DNA of 64,000 nt. It comes from a virus. Where the stretch lies: positions 23,551-87,550 of IMG/VR virus record IMGVR_UViG_3300028025_003977; one strand, 5' to 3'. Every line of letters begins with the position of its first letter. Positions within the stretch are counted from its first letter, which is position 1. The notes below the pieces were generated by a model. It did not search any database and had not been told where the DNA came from. It saw only the letters and a list, made by a program, of their open reading frames with translations. Positions 1-11,183 of the stretch are shown piece after piece. A program made the translations under genes and the position numbers.

Positions 1-3000
1 GATCTGTAGTAATAGATTCCACAGAAACAGTTGCAGATAGAAAATTTGTTGAGCTTGCTGAAAATGGAATTGACGATGGAACGGACATTAAGGCACAAAG
101 AAAAGCAGTTAGAGGACAAAAGGCAGGTGCTATTGGCGGTCTAGCTATGACTGCAGCGTTTACACTTCCTGCAATTACTGGAACCAATGAGGCACTTAAC
201 GGTCTTACAAATAATCTTCTTATTGCATCATCTGCAATTTCTGCATTTGCTACAATTGCACAGGTTCGTGGCATTGGTGGCGGAGGCATGGGAATGGGTG
301 CTAAAGCCAGAAACTTAAAAAATGCATCTATGGCATATCGTGGTGTTGCACCACAAAGAATTCCAGCAGGAATGGAAGGTGCTGGTCGTTCTTTAAGTAG
401 AGAAGCTGGTATTGCACAGGCAAAACAACAAGTTGGTGCTGGAAGAGTTATGGGTGCAGTAGCAACTAAAGCTGGTGGAACTGGTAGGGGTGCTGGTCTT
501 GCTAGAGGTGCTTTGTCAACAGTAGGTCTTTTGGGTGGTCCAGTTGGAGTTGCATTAGTTGCAGCAATTGCTCTTGGAACTGTTGCGTTCGTTGCATATC
601 AAAAAGCAATTAACAATGCTCGTAAAGAAGGTGCATCTTTATTTGCAGAGCAAACAAAAGCTGCAGAGTATTATGGAATTGAACTTAAAACTATTAATTC
701 AGCAATGATGGAAAATGCAAAAATTGCAAAAGAAATGGGATTTGCAGGTGCAGGAGCAGTAGCATCTACTGTAGATCCAGAATTAAAGAAAGCAATTTTA
801 GAACAAGAAGAAAATAAAAAACTTGTAGAACAACTTAAAGAGTCTAGTGACCCAGCTTCAATATTCCTTGGACAATATGGGAAAATGTTACAGCAAGGAT
901 TTAATCCAGAGCAAGCAAAAGAAGTTCTTTCTGTATTGGCACAAGCTAGTGGTCAAATGGGAGGACTCACCCGTGTTAGCAGTCAAATAAACGGAATTAC
1001 AACACCAGGACAAGCAACTGCAGCAATTGGAGAATCGTTTACAAAAAATGTTGGGTCTATGTTTGGAAGCAATAGCCTAGTTCTTAATACTGAATTAGCA
1101 AATGCTGAAGGTAGATTTGGAGAGTTAATAAAAGCTGGTCTTACATCATCAGACCTAAGCGAAGGATTTAAAATTGTTGAAGATGGTATTGCTGCTGCAT
1201 ATAAAGAAGGTGCATCCAAGGGTCTTTCAACTCTGACTGTTGAAGAAACTTTAAATAAGTCTTTTAAGTCACAGTTAGAAGGATTAGGATTTAAAGAAGG
1301 CGATGAAGTGTATGACACAGTTAATGCTATTAAAGACTCTAAATTACAGTTAGCATTAGTACAAGGAGCAGCAGCAGGTCTTGATATGTCAAACTTTATT
1401 GAAGATTTAGATGTATCTACAGCTAAAGCAAAAGAACTTTATCTTACTTTAGCATCTACAGATGCACTTGCTGCAACTAACACACAAGCTATTTCTCAGG
1501 CTCAACGTGTAATAGATGAGATTGATAAAGAAATTCAAGTAAGAACCGCATACTTTGATCAACTTGCAGTAAACAATGAAAATGCCCAAGCATCAGAAGA
1601 AGAGCGTACAAAAAATTTCCAAAAAAATATAGAAAAACGAAATAAGGCTATTCAAAAAGAAATTAAGGGAATTCAAAAAGCTGCAGACGAACAGATTAAA
1701 ACAAAAGAAAAAGAAATTGATGCAATTGAGGAAAGTTCTGATAAATACTTAAAGGCTCTTCAGTCACAAAAAGACGAGTCTTCTTTCTTAGCTAGCCAGC
1801 AACAAACAGCATTGGGTGGACTTGGTGCACTTGCAAGTGGAGATGTTATTGGATTCTTGCAAGCAAGAGATGAAATGGCTTCAGCTGCTCAGTCAAATGC
1901 TCAAGAAGAAGAAATTAAAAAAATTGAAGATCTTACAGATGCAAGAATTACGGACATTGAAAAAACAATAGATGCAATTAAAGAAAAAGCAGATGCAGAA
2001 GTTGGAACACTTCAAGACCAGCTTGAAAAGAATCAAGAGCTTATGGATAAAGAAGGAGAGCGTCATGAAAACAGAATGGCTGCTCTTCAAAAAGAAGCAA
2101 TACAAATTCAAACAAATAAGTCTGCAGAAATTAAAGCATTTGATGACTCTAAGGCTGCACTTCAAGAGTTTATAAATACTCCAGTTGGAGACAAGCTTGG
2201 AAAAGATTTAACTAAGTATGCTGAAGCAATATCAAACGTTGCTGCAAATATGCCAGCACACTCAAAAAATATTATGAATGATCTTGCAACATCATTTGGA
2301 AATAACTTCCAATCCGTCTTTGATGCAGAAGTGCAAAAATCTGCAGAAGAGTTTGGTGTAGATCCAACAGACCTAAAAACTTTGGTTCAAAAATCTTTAC
2401 CTAAAAATGGAGGAAGTGGAGCAAAGGCATCGGATAGATTTGCAAAGGGTGGATACGTTAGCGGTCCAGGAACTGGAACATCAGACTCCATTTCTGCTCA
2501 ACTTTCAAATGGAGAGTATGTTGTTAAGGCTGACGCAGTTAAAAGAATTGGAAAAGATACGCTGGATAGAATTAATTCTGGAACTGGAGGCATGGTAACA
2601 AGAACCAATACAGTTGAAGGATATCGTGTTGGTGGAGGAGAAGCAATTACCGCAGCAGCAGCTTTTGCAGGTGGAGTTAAAACTGCAGTTAGTGCAATTA
2701 CTTCAGCAAATGCTTTAGTTCAGGCAGCAGCAAGTGTAATGAATGAAGAGCCAGAAAATTCAGATGGTGGAGGAACTGGAAAGACAACATCTGTTCCAGA
2801 ACAACTTGGAAAAGTTGCAAGAATTCTTCGTGGAAACTATAGAGTATCTGCAAGAGGAACGTATCCAAGTGGAAATCCTCACAGTGCAAGATATGGCACT
2901 GCAATTGACTACGCTACTCCAACGGGAACTGATGTTTATGCAATGGCAGGAGGAACTGCATCAAACCTTAACAGAGGAAATAGTTCTTTTGGAAAGTATG

Positions 3001-3479
3001 TAACAATTAGACATGCTGACGGAACAGAATCTCTATATGCTCACTTAGATTCACATGGTCAAGGAGGAACTGTTAATGCTGGAGACTTTATTGGTGAGAC
3101 TGGAAACACTGGAAATTCCACAGGTCCTCACCTACACTTTGAATGGTCAGCACTTAAGAATGGATTTAATCCTCCAGGAATGAGAATTGGTGGAGAAACA
3201 ATGTCCGATGGTCTTGCCAATTTACACAAGGGAGAACTTGTTTTAACTAAGCCACTTACACAACAATTAAAAGATGGAATTGCAGAATTAAAATTTGGAA
3301 TGCCATCAATGTCTGGCGTTTCTCCAATAGATAGTGGTACAATGGTATCTAGCAGTAATACATACAACATTAGCGTTGATGCATCTGGTCCTTCAATGGA
3401 TCCAAATAAGATTGCACAAAAAATTGTTACTGCTATTAGCAGAGAAGAAGATAGAAGAAGTTTTGGGAGGACTAGCTGA
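1..3479 (+). CDS. Tape measure protein with C-terminal M23 peptidase (5'-truncated)
   Basis: The frame is open from base 3, upstream of the ATG at 147, so the gene starts before the window. Long Ala/Gly-rich and coiled-coil regions, a GGYVSGPGTGTSDSI motif, and M23 motifs HxxxD (YGTAID region), YAHL and GPHLHFE. Followed by tail genes. Confidence 0.9.
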   Translation, partial: SVVIDSTETVADRKFVELAENGIDDGTDIKAQRKAVRGQKAGAIGGLAMTAAFTLPAITGTNEALNGLTNNLLIASSAISAFATIAQVRGIGGGGMGMGAKARNLKNASMAYRGVAPQRIPAGMEGAGRSLSREAGIAQAKQQVGAGRVMGAVATKAGGTGRGAGLARGALSTVGLLGGPVGVALVAAIALGTVAFVAYQKAINNARKEGASLFAEQTKAAEYYGIELKTINSAMMENAKIAKEMGFAGAGAVASTVDPELKKAILEQEENKKLVEQLKESSDPASIFLGQYGKMLQQGFNPEQAKEVLSVLAQASGQMGGLTRVSSQINGITTPGQATAAIGESFTKNVGSMFGSNSLVLNTELANAEGRFGELIKAGLTSSDLSEGFKIVEDGIAAAYKEGASKGLSTLTVEETLNKSFKSQLEGLGFKEGDEVYDTVNAIKDSKLQLALVQGAAAGLDMSNFIEDLDVSTAKAKELYLTLASTDALAATNTQAISQAQRVIDEIDKEIQVRTAYFDQLAVNNENAQASEEERTKNFQKNIEKRNKAIQKEIKGIQKAADEQIKTKEKEIDAIEESSDKYLKALQSQKDESSFLASQQQTALGGLGALASGDVIGFLQARDEMASAAQSNAQEEEIKKIEDLTDARITDIEKTIDAIKEKADAEVGTLQDQLEKNQELMDKEGERHENRMAALQKEAIQIQTNKSAEIKAFDDSKAALQEFINTPVGDKLGKDLTKYAEAISNVAANMPAHSKNIMNDLATSFGNNFQSVFDAEVQKSAEEFGVDPTDLKTLVQKSLPKNGGSGAKASDRFAKGGYVSGPGTGTSDSISAQLSNGEYVVKADAVKRIGKDTLDRINSGTGGMVTRTNTVEGYRVGGGEAITAAAAFAGGVKTAVSAITSANALVQAAASVMNEEPENSDGGGTGKTTSVPEQLGKVARILRGNYRVSARGTYPSGNPHSARYGTAIDYATPTGTDVYAMAGGTASNLNRGNSSFGKYVTIRHADGTESLYAHLDSHGQGGTVNAGDFIGETGNTGNSTGPHLHFEWSALKNGFNPPGMRIGGETMSDGLANLHKGELVLTKPLTQQLKDGIAELKFGMPSMSGVSPIDSGTMVSSSNTYNISVDASGPSMDPNKIAQKIVTAISREEDRRSFGRTS

Positions 3480-4027
3480 TGGCACAAGCATATTTAAATA
3501 AAACTTTTAGTAAGCCTTCTCTTATTATATTGTCTACATCTAATCCAACAGCAGAACTATCTAGTGGAACGCCAACAGGAAGATGGGACTTTGGTTCTGG
3601 ACAGGTACTTTACTTAACAGATGACAATAGGTCTGCTCTCTCTGTAACCCCACAAAGACTTGAGTCTAAAAGAAGAATGATTGATGGAACAATGCGTTCT
3701 GTTCACATTGCAGATAAAATGACTTTTAGCACTTCTTGGGAATCCCTTCCATCTAGAAAAACTAGACCAACTCCAGCAAGTCCAGATGGTCTTTCAAATA
3801 AAATTACTTCAGATGGCTTTGGTGCAGGTCAAGATATTAAGGCTTGGTATGAAGCAAACTTTTCAGATTTTTGGATGCTATTAGTATATGATGCATCGGT
3901 ATCAGGAAACTCAGTAAACAATGTTGAAAAGTATAATGTTTTCTTTGATGATTTTGATTTTTCTATTGTAAAAAGAGGACAACATAATGATTTGTGGGAT
4001 GTGTCTATTAGCCTGGTGGAAGTGTAA
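3479..4027 (+). CDS. Distal tail / minor tail protein
   Basis: 182 aa ORF directly after the tape measure (stop/start overlap). Position and size are typical of Dit-like proteins. Confidence 0.6.
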   Translation: MAQAYLNKTFSKPSLIILSTSNPTAELSSGTPTGRWDFGSGQVLYLTDDNRSALSVTPQRLESKRRMIDGTMRSVHIADKMTFSTSWESLPSRKTRPTPASPDGLSNKITSDGFGAGQDIKAWYEANFSDFWMLLVYDASVSGNSVNNVEKYNVFFDDFDFSIVKRGQHNDLWDVSISLVEV

Positions 4028-7000
4028 TGTTAACTACAGGATTAACAGCAATAGATTCCATTTACAAAAAAGGATCTACTGTATCTTCTAAGCATAAAAT
4101 TTTAGCAGAGTGGAACCACAACTCCTATTATAAAATTAACTATATTGGTTCTTATCCAATATACATTGATGCTAAATCAAGCGGTTCTAGCGATCCAACA
4201 TATTCAAAAACATTTGTTGCAACGGATTTAGGTGGATGGGATAATGGCAATCTTTACAATACAGTATCTGTAGATAGCACTCAAATTCCAAAAGAAAACA
4301 AGGAAAGAAAAGACCTTTGTAGCCTATACAATGTTATTGAAGTAGATAGACCAGATCCAGGAATTATTTATGGAATTGGGTCTCAGACTTCAACAACAAT
4401 TGTTGAAGATTCTAAAACAGTTAAGTCTTACAACATTTTGCAATCTCCAGTTAGACTTTATCCTCTTTCAAATAATCAGGGATTTAAGTACTGGAATTCT
4501 TTTAGATATTGCAAACCAAATTCAAGTGTTTCCCCAGCAATCACTCATGAACTAATTGGAAGATCTGGAAGTGATTTTACAATGAAGGGAAACAACGCCT
4601 TTGTTGTTTATGATGGAGTTTTAAAAACAAATAAAATTGTTGTTAAAACGCAGACTGTAAATGGTTACGCTAAGGACTTTACAATACAGGTTTTAAAAGC
4701 TGGAAGCACAACTTGGTCAACTGTATATTTTGAAAATGATGATACAAGGCTAGCTGCAGCAAAATTAAAAACGGTATCTGGAACTAGTGGGTCTAAAAAT
4801 ATAACCCTAACAGATAGTTCAGGAATTTATGTTGGAATGAGAGTTGTTCAATCAGGATCAACCGCAAACATACCAACCGAAACATATGTAGAGTCAGTTG
4901 GAGTTGACGGATTAGTTACTCTTAACAAGAATTTAACAGGAAACCTTAGTGCCGTTGCAGGTATTAATTTTATAGATACACCAGCACTATCTGATGGAAT
5001 TGTTAGAATTACTGGTAAAAAAATTAATGGTACAGTTGTATGGTCTCTTGCTAGTGGAGCTGAAGAAGAAAACGCTTTATCGTCATTTAAGATTCCAACC
5101 GATGGAGTGTCTGGACTAGACGTAGAACTAATAACTGGCATTAGATTTTCCGCACAAACAATGTCAAAGGCAAACGCAACACTAGACATTATTGAAATAT
5201 CTCCAAGAATGGTTGTAGATTTTACTGGATATACAGAAGCACTCTCTGTTGACACTACTATTGGAGATGCTTCTCTTGGATTGCCAGTAGGATCTATTGT
5301 TTCATCTACAGGATCTATAGATTTATTTAATGAAGATAATTTAATTAGCAATAAAAATGTTGACTCAATTCTTGACGACCTATTAAAGCCAAATGTTAAG
5401 TTTACAATTCTAAATGTTATTACTTCTGGTCAAATTCAAAAGTTTGTTCCAGTAAAAGTTTTATATGCAGAAAGCTGGGATGAAGAATCTAACTGGAAAG
5501 TCTCCGTATCCTTAGAAGACTCCATGCGTTTCTTAAAAGATAAACCAGCACCTGACATGCTACTTGCTGCAAGAAATGGAATTAAAGTATCTGCAATTAT
5601 TAAAATTCTTTTAGACAATGCTGGATATAATAGATTTAGCTTTGTTAAAAGTAAAGAAGAGCTGGCTTATGAATATGAAGATATTCCTTTGGACTTCTTT
5701 AGATGTAGAAAAGAAGAGTCTGTTGCAGAAGTTTTAAACGAAATAGCAAAGTCTGCCCAGCTATCCATATTCTTTGATAGTTTTAATAATCTTGTTGCAA
5801 TGACTAAAGAGGCGGTTGCAAACAAGACAGACCTATATGACTACTGGCTTGTAGGAGATATTGGCGAATTAGATTCAGGAGATAGCGAGTACCTTTTCTT
5901 AAATGATAAATATACAAGCAATATCGAAAGCTTTGAGGATACAATTGTTCCTCCAATTACTGCAGGAGAAGTTGCGTATGATCATTTGGGTATGGAAAAA
6001 AAACCTATAAATCTTGTCAAAGAGTCCCTTAAGAAAGATGGAAATATAGACATTCTTAATACTGTAAAAGAAAATGGATATAGTGAGGTTAACTTAAATA
6101 GAAACCTTTCATATGTGCCTCATATCGTCTGGCAGCCGTCTAACACGGACTTAGATGCTTGGCTTGCTGTTGGAGCACTACAGAAAAATTTAAATGCCTC
6201 AGATGGATTAAGTTATTTTAACACAAGTGGATATGACGCACAAACAGAGCAGGATGCCATCAGAGAGGCTTATGATAGCCTAACTGATACTCAAAAAAAT
6301 GATTTAACAATTTTTATTCAAGAAGATCACCTGACCTCATCCTTCCAAAGAAAATATAACGGATATGTATCTATTGATGATGAATTAGTTAAATATAACG
6401 GTGTGCTGTATAAGGTTTCAAGAAGAGGGTTTTCTACTGACCTAGTTATTTACTTTTCCGAAGAAGAAAAATTAACAGCAATTTTAAAGGCTCCATCTGG
6501 AGCAAGCTTTATCCCAGTGGGTCTAATTGTTGATATTCAAATGTCAGTAATTTCTAGCCCAGATTTATCTAATAATTCTTATAAATATGTTGTTACTAAA
6601 ACTGGCAGAGGCTTTGATGGAACAGTAATAGCAAGCCATATAACATCAAATAGCCCAGAAGCAATTACTTGGTCTTCATTTTCTACAAAGCTATATTCTT
6701 CAACTCAACCAGGGGCAAATGTAAAAGCTACAATAAACTTATTAACACAAACCAAGGTTTCAACTGGAGATGCTGCTGTCAATGAATATCTTTATGCAAA
6801 TGCTGGATATGCAAAAATAATTGGACCACCTTCATATACAACTTCAGACTCTACTGCAAATTTGCCACCTAGTGACCAACTTATTATTAGAGATCAAGGT
6901 CAACAATTTTTATCTGGATTTAAAAAAGCTATAGGATTTAATCCAATAAGAATTGGAGCAAAATTAAGAATTTTAGAATCGGGATCAAATTCAACATTTG

Positions 7001-8214
7001 CTGGAATTGGAATGTACAATTCTTCAACAACCACAGGAACTAATGGATACTTCCTTGAAGTTTCTACTTCTGGAGATGCGTTTGAAGCAGATAAGCCAGA
7101 TAGTAACAACATTAGATTTTATAAAGTTACAGGAACAGATAGAACTCCGCAACTTCTTGGTGTTGGCTTTGCAAGAGTTAATGCTGCTAAGTTTGGAAAT
7201 GAATCTGCACAGCCAGCCTACGCAGCACTAGGAAATCCTGATGGGTGGAGAACTACTTTTAGTTTAGACATTGTTACATATGACTCAGCTTCCTACAGAG
7301 CATTTGATATTTACTTTGAAGACGTTTTAGTATTTACAGCAATTGATGATGCAAAAGTTGGAGAGTCTGGATATATTCCTCCAAGACAAGATGTGTCAAT
7401 GTTTGTAAGAGATGATTCTGCTGCAATTTTTGAGTATTTTTATGCAACAGCAATTCCAAATGGAATAAATGTTTCTGTAACAGACCCAATTCTTTCTGCA
7501 CCAGAACCGTATGGTTTTGATCAAGCAATTGACCGTGGAATCTTTAGCTCCTCAGCTAGACAAATTTTAGGAACCAACTATCAAATTTTTTACGAAGACT
7601 TTGGATGCCTTGTAAGAGAAGTTAGAAAAATTGAAGCTAGATTCCCATTCCCAACTTTTTCTGCTTCTTTGATTGAGCTAGGAAGAGTAGTGCCAGACTA
7701 CATTGTTAAAAACTTTAAATATACTTCATTTGGAGGAGAATTTTGGATTTATTGCACAGCAGGTGCAACCGTAAGAATCGATTCTGAAAGTTCTATCCCT
7801 GTATACATTTCTGGAATTTTGTTGGATAAACTTGGTGGTGGAACCGTAGCCATTGACGATTATATTAATTCTTTAGATATAGAAGAAAGAAAGAATCAGG
7901 AGCTTGAAATTAATAAGCGTTTATACGGCGAGCAGTCTTATAATATTTCTGGAAGCTATATTTCAGGAGTAGAAATGGCAAGAAAACTAGCAAACTGGGT
8001 TGCTAAAAAAGCATCTAAAGAAAAAACTATTATTTCTGCAGAAATTTTTCCAAACCCACTTCTTCAACTTGGAGATAAGATAAAGGTATTTTACAAGGCT
8101 AGGGGATATTGTGTTGATGAAGATGGAGATAAGACATATGTTCTATCTCGAATTTCTTATTCCGCCACACCAGATGATATTTCTATGAACGTTGAGTTAA
8201 GGGAGATGTTGTAA
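4027..8214 (+). CDS. Large minor tail / baseplate hub protein
   Basis: 1395 aa, beta-rich, second gene after the tape measure. The C-terminal NPLLQLGDKIKV...VLSRISYS segment resembles hub/Tal C-termini. Confidence 0.65.
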   Translation: MLTTGLTAIDSIYKKGSTVSSKHKILAEWNHNSYYKINYIGSYPIYIDAKSSGSSDPTYSKTFVATDLGGWDNGNLYNTVSVDSTQIPKENKERKDLCSLYNVIEVDRPDPGIIYGIGSQTSTTIVEDSKTVKSYNILQSPVRLYPLSNNQGFKYWNSFRYCKPNSSVSPAITHELIGRSGSDFTMKGNNAFVVYDGVLKTNKIVVKTQTVNGYAKDFTIQVLKAGSTTWSTVYFENDDTRLAAAKLKTVSGTSGSKNITLTDSSGIYVGMRVVQSGSTANIPTETYVESVGVDGLVTLNKNLTGNLSAVAGINFIDTPALSDGIVRITGKKINGTVVWSLASGAEEENALSSFKIPTDGVSGLDVELITGIRFSAQTMSKANATLDIIEISPRMVVDFTGYTEALSVDTTIGDASLGLPVGSIVSSTGSIDLFNEDNLISNKNVDSILDDLLKPNVKFTILNVITSGQIQKFVPVKVLYAESWDEESNWKVSVSLEDSMRFLKDKPAPDMLLAARNGIKVSAIIKILLDNAGYNRFSFVKSKEELAYEYEDIPLDFFRCRKEESVAEVLNEIAKSAQLSIFFDSFNNLVAMTKEAVANKTDLYDYWLVGDIGELDSGDSEYLFLNDKYTSNIESFEDTIVPPITAGEVAYDHLGMEKKPINLVKESLKKDGNIDILNTVKENGYSEVNLNRNLSYVPHIVWQPSNTDLDAWLAVGALQKNLNASDGLSYFNTSGYDAQTEQDAIREAYDSLTDTQKNDLTIFIQEDHLTSSFQRKYNGYVSIDDELVKYNGVLYKVSRRGFSTDLVIYFSEEEKLTAILKAPSGASFIPVGLIVDIQMSVISSPDLSNNSYKYVVTKTGRGFDGTVIASHITSNSPEAITWSSFSTKLYSSTQPGANVKATINLLTQTKVSTGDAAVNEYLYANAGYAKIIGPPSYTTSDSTANLPPSDQLIIRDQGQQFLSGFKKAIGFNPIRIGAKLRILESGSNSTFAGIGMYNSSTTTGTNGYFLEVSTSGDAFEADKPDSNNIRFYKVTGTDRTPQLLGVGFARVNAAKFGNESAQPAYAALGNPDGWRTTFSLDIVTYDSASYRAFDIYFEDVLVFTAIDDAKVGESGYIPPRQDVSMFVRDDSAAIFEYFYATAIPNGINVSVTDPILSAPEPYGFDQAIDRGIFSSSARQILGTNYQIFYEDFGCLVREVRKIEARFPFPTFSASLIELGRVVPDYIVKNFKYTSFGGEFWIYCTAGATVRIDSESSIPVYISGILLDKLGGGTVAIDDYINSLDIEERKNQELEINKRLYGEQSYNISGSYISGVEMARKLANWVAKKASKEKTIISAEIFPNPLLQLGDKIKVFYKARGYCVDEDGDKTYVLSRISYSATPDDISMNVELREML

Positions 8215-8215
8215 T

Positions 8216-8959
8216 ATGCCAGCACAAAAGCAGGGTGGAGCAAGCAAAAAAGTTAAAGACCCCGAAACAGCAAGAGAAAATAAAAGACTTGGTAAAAGAC
8301 CTGATCCAAATAGAGCAAATGCAAGAGAAGATAGAAAGCCAGTATACGTCTACCCTGGATTTGATACAAGTTCTACTTTAAAAGTTAAGCCTGGCAAAGG
8401 TGGAACTGGCAATGGTGGAAATAAAGATAAAAAAGACAAGCCAGATCCAAGAGAAATTTATCCAGTATCTCAGGTTCAGATACCATTGGGTTCTGGTCAG
8501 GTAATAACTCCAAACCTTCAAGAAGCATATATTAGAGAAGTTACAAGGCTTACTTTAAACCTCATTTCTAGTGCAGAAAACTTATTGTTTGCTTACAATT
8601 TTACTGGAATTAATAAAATTGCATCATACATGCTTGAATCAGATGATGCCAGCCAAAGATCAACTGCGGTAGTTTCTAATATTATTAGACCTAGATCAGG
8701 AGTTGAGTTATCAGAATTAGAGGTTAGAGATAAGCTTAACAATGTAATTAATCTTATTGCAAACACAATTGGAGACCTAGTTCCATCTTCTACTAAATTA
8801 AATAGTTTTGGGCAAAAAAAGGATAACTTAGATTTTATAGGAGGTACGCCAAGAATAGATAATAGAACATCATTTTATGATTTAAAGCTAGAACTTCCAG
8901 ACATACAAGGGTTTGGATATGACGTTGCTTATACAATAAAATGCTATGATATTAGTTAA
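8216..8959 (+). CDS. Hypothetical virion protein with basic, low-complexity N-terminus
   Basis: 247 aa ORF within the tail operon; Lys/Arg-rich N-terminus. Confidence 0.6.
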   Translation: MPAQKQGGASKKVKDPETARENKRLGKRPDPNRANAREDRKPVYVYPGFDTSSTLKVKPGKGGTGNGGNKDKKDKPDPREIYPVSQVQIPLGSGQVITPNLQEAYIREVTRLTLNLISSAENLLFAYNFTGINKIASYMLESDDASQRSTAVVSNIIRPRSGVELSELEVRDKLNNVINLIANTIGDLVPSSTKLNSFGQKKDNLDFIGGTPRIDNRTSFYDLKLELPDIQGFGYDVAYTIKCYDIS

Positions 8960-8961
8960 AA

Positions 8962-8970
8962 TGGTATAAT
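8962..8970 (+). promoter_or_regulatory. Extended -10 promoter (TGgTATAAT), probably leaderless
   Basis: TATAAT at 8965-8970, 6 nt before the ATG at 8977. Confidence 0.55.
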
Positions 8971-8976
8971 TTGTTT

Positions 8977-9981
8977 ATGATGCAGGGAATTTACAGAATT
9001 TATAAAGATGGAAAATTAGTAGCAGAAAAAGAAAATCAAATGACAGTTGCAGGACGTGCAATTGTTTTAAAGGCTTTGATGGGCTTGATTCCAAGTATTG
9101 GTGGTAATATTCAAGTTGGAATTTCTAGCGTTGCAAATGGAACATCTCCTAATAGCACTAATTCAGATGGACTAATTACAGACACTAGACTTGGATTTTC
9201 TGTAAGTAGCATTCCAGTTCGTCTAGCATTTTTAGATAATAGTGGAAACTATGATGCAATGGTTTTTAGAGGAACTATCCCATCCACGGCTGACGCATTT
9301 ACAATACATGAACTTGGAATTTTTCCCTCAAGCTTAGAAGAAGACAAAGCTTTATCTGAGCTACTTTTAGTTTCTGGAGAATCTGCAGATGGATGGCTAA
9401 GATCTGGAACAGGAATTGGTTCTGTTTCTGGAAATCCTCCATCAACATCTGGATATGTATCCGCAGCACCCACTGACTTTTCTGGAGGGTTTAGGGTTGG
9501 ATCAACAGCTTTATTCTTAAAGCAAAATGAAGTTTTAAGAATTAACAAAACTTTTAGTCAGTTTTCATCTTCAGGTCAAAACGCATTTAATATTGAAGAT
9601 AACATTTCAATAGCATATTCTAAAAAAACTGGAGATACTCCAAAAATTATTCTTAAGTTTTTAACCAATGATGCTAATTATTTTACTACAAACTTTACAG
9701 CAACTACTGGAACAACTTATGTTATTAAAGATATTTTAAGAAGTTCTTTTACAAATGTTTTAACTCCAAGTTGGGGAAACATAAATGCCATAGAAATAAC
9801 AGTAGAAAACTCAGATGTAATTATTGATGCAATTAGAATTAATGACAATAACAATCTAGATACAACTTATGGAATGGTTTCAAGAACTGTGCTTGGTTCT
9901 GGAAATTTAATTACTAAAGGTGCCTCAGAAGCAGTAGATATTGAATATTATTTAAGCTTTGGCTTTAATAAGGCGGTTTAA
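8977..9981 (+). CDS. Minor tail / baseplate-associated protein
   Basis: N-terminal GIYRIYKDGKLVAEKENQMT...IHELGIF pattern resembles phage fibre/baseplate attachment domains. Start placed at ATG 8977. Confidence 0.6.
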   Translation: MMQGIYRIYKDGKLVAEKENQMTVAGRAIVLKALMGLIPSIGGNIQVGISSVANGTSPNSTNSDGLITDTRLGFSVSSIPVRLAFLDNSGNYDAMVFRGTIPSTADAFTIHELGIFPSSLEEDKALSELLLVSGESADGWLRSGTGIGSVSGNPPSTSGYVSAAPTDFSGGFRVGSTALFLKQNEVLRINKTFSQFSSSGQNAFNIEDNISIAYSKKTGDTPKIILKFLTNDANYFTTNFTATTGTTYVIKDILRSSFTNVLTPSWGNINAIEITVENSDVIIDAIRINDNNNLDTTYGMVSRTVLGSGNLITKGASEAVDIEYYLSFGFNKAV

Positions 9982-9983
9982 CC

Positions 9984-11183
9984 ATGCCTGTAACTGGATA
10001 TGTAAAAGGTTTAGTTCCTGGAAAAAGATACAGAATGGTTGTTAGTGCTCAGGCTGGAGCACAGCAAAACATTGTTCTTCCTTCGATTGAGTTTGTAGTC
10101 CCCTCTGCACCAGATTTAATATCTTCTTATACACCAGTTGGAACACTAACTTTTGAAGACAAAACTTATGTAGATAATAGAGTAACTCCTGGAACTGGAG
10201 CTACAACAGCAACATTTAATGTTACGCACTGGTCAGCAGCTAACAACTCTAGAACCTATACTTTTTGGGTAAATGGTAGTGGGTACAGCAAAGTAAGAGT
10301 TGGTAGCATTATTAGATTTGGTGCAAATGGAAATACATCAACTGGTCTTTCAAACTATGAAGACTCTGACTCTTACTATGATACATATGACTACCAAGTT
10401 GTTGATAAACAGTCAACTTATATGGTTTGCAATGTTAGACAATCAATCACGAGCATTGTTGGCTCTGGATCATCTGCAGAAGTTCAAACCACTAACATGT
10501 CAGATGGTGCAATTGCTGCTGCTTGGTGTAAAGGTCAAGCTGGTCACTATAGGCACCAATATACAAAAACTGGAAATGCTTCAAACAGAAGACCTTCCAG
10601 CTGGACTAAGTTTGAATTTGATGGAAGAGCATTGGGTGCTAAAAACAAAAATCCAAATACAGCAGTTGGAACAGTATATATTCCAAGGGTTCCATCAACA
10701 TCTAGTAACCTAAGCATTACAAAAACTCATCACAACGTTAATATTAAAATTCCAGATAATTTTCCATTATTTAGAGATCAAAACGTTATAGATATTCCAA
10801 TCTTTGCATATAAAAATAGAACTTTGGGAACATGGCATAATATGGACCACACAGCTTTTATAGCAATTGATGAGCCAAAACAATACTCTAATAGTGCTAT
10901 GAATAACTTATTAAGAGGAACCTTAAATGACTCAAATACAAGAGATGGAATTCCAATAAATATAGATTCATTAAATGTAAATAATGTGGCATTTCAAGAT
11001 GATGCAGGAAACCCTGGAATATTTACTGAAACAAACTACAACAAAGAGTATTACTTTACTATTGCAAGATACAAAAAGGTTGGATCAGTTTGGCAAGGAG
11101 CATGGCTTCAGAGTGAAGACTCAGAACCAAGAGTATCAGATCCTGAAGCAATTATTTGGTCACAAAAGGCAAGTGGTGTTTAA
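9984..11183 (+). CDS. Hypothetical tail protein
   Basis: 399 aa beta-rich ORF, translationally coupled within the tail operon. Confidence 0.6.
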   Translation: MPVTGYVKGLVPGKRYRMVVSAQAGAQQNIVLPSIEFVVPSAPDLISSYTPVGTLTFEDKTYVDNRVTPGTGATTATFNVTHWSAANNSRTYTFWVNGSGYSKVRVGSIIRFGANGNTSTGLSNYEDSDSYYDTYDYQVVDKQSTYMVCNVRQSITSIVGSGSSAEVQTTNMSDGAIAAAWCKGQAGHYRHQYTKTGNASNRRPSSWTKFEFDGRALGAKNKNPNTAVGTVYIPRVPSTSSNLSITKTHHNVNIKIPDNFPLFRDQNVIDIPIFAYKNRTLGTWHNMDHTAFIAIDEPKQYSNSAMNNLLRGTLNDSNTRDGIPINIDSLNVNNVAFQDDAGNPGIFTETNYNKEYYFTIARYKKVGSVWQGAWLQSEDSEPRVSDPEAIIWSQKASGV

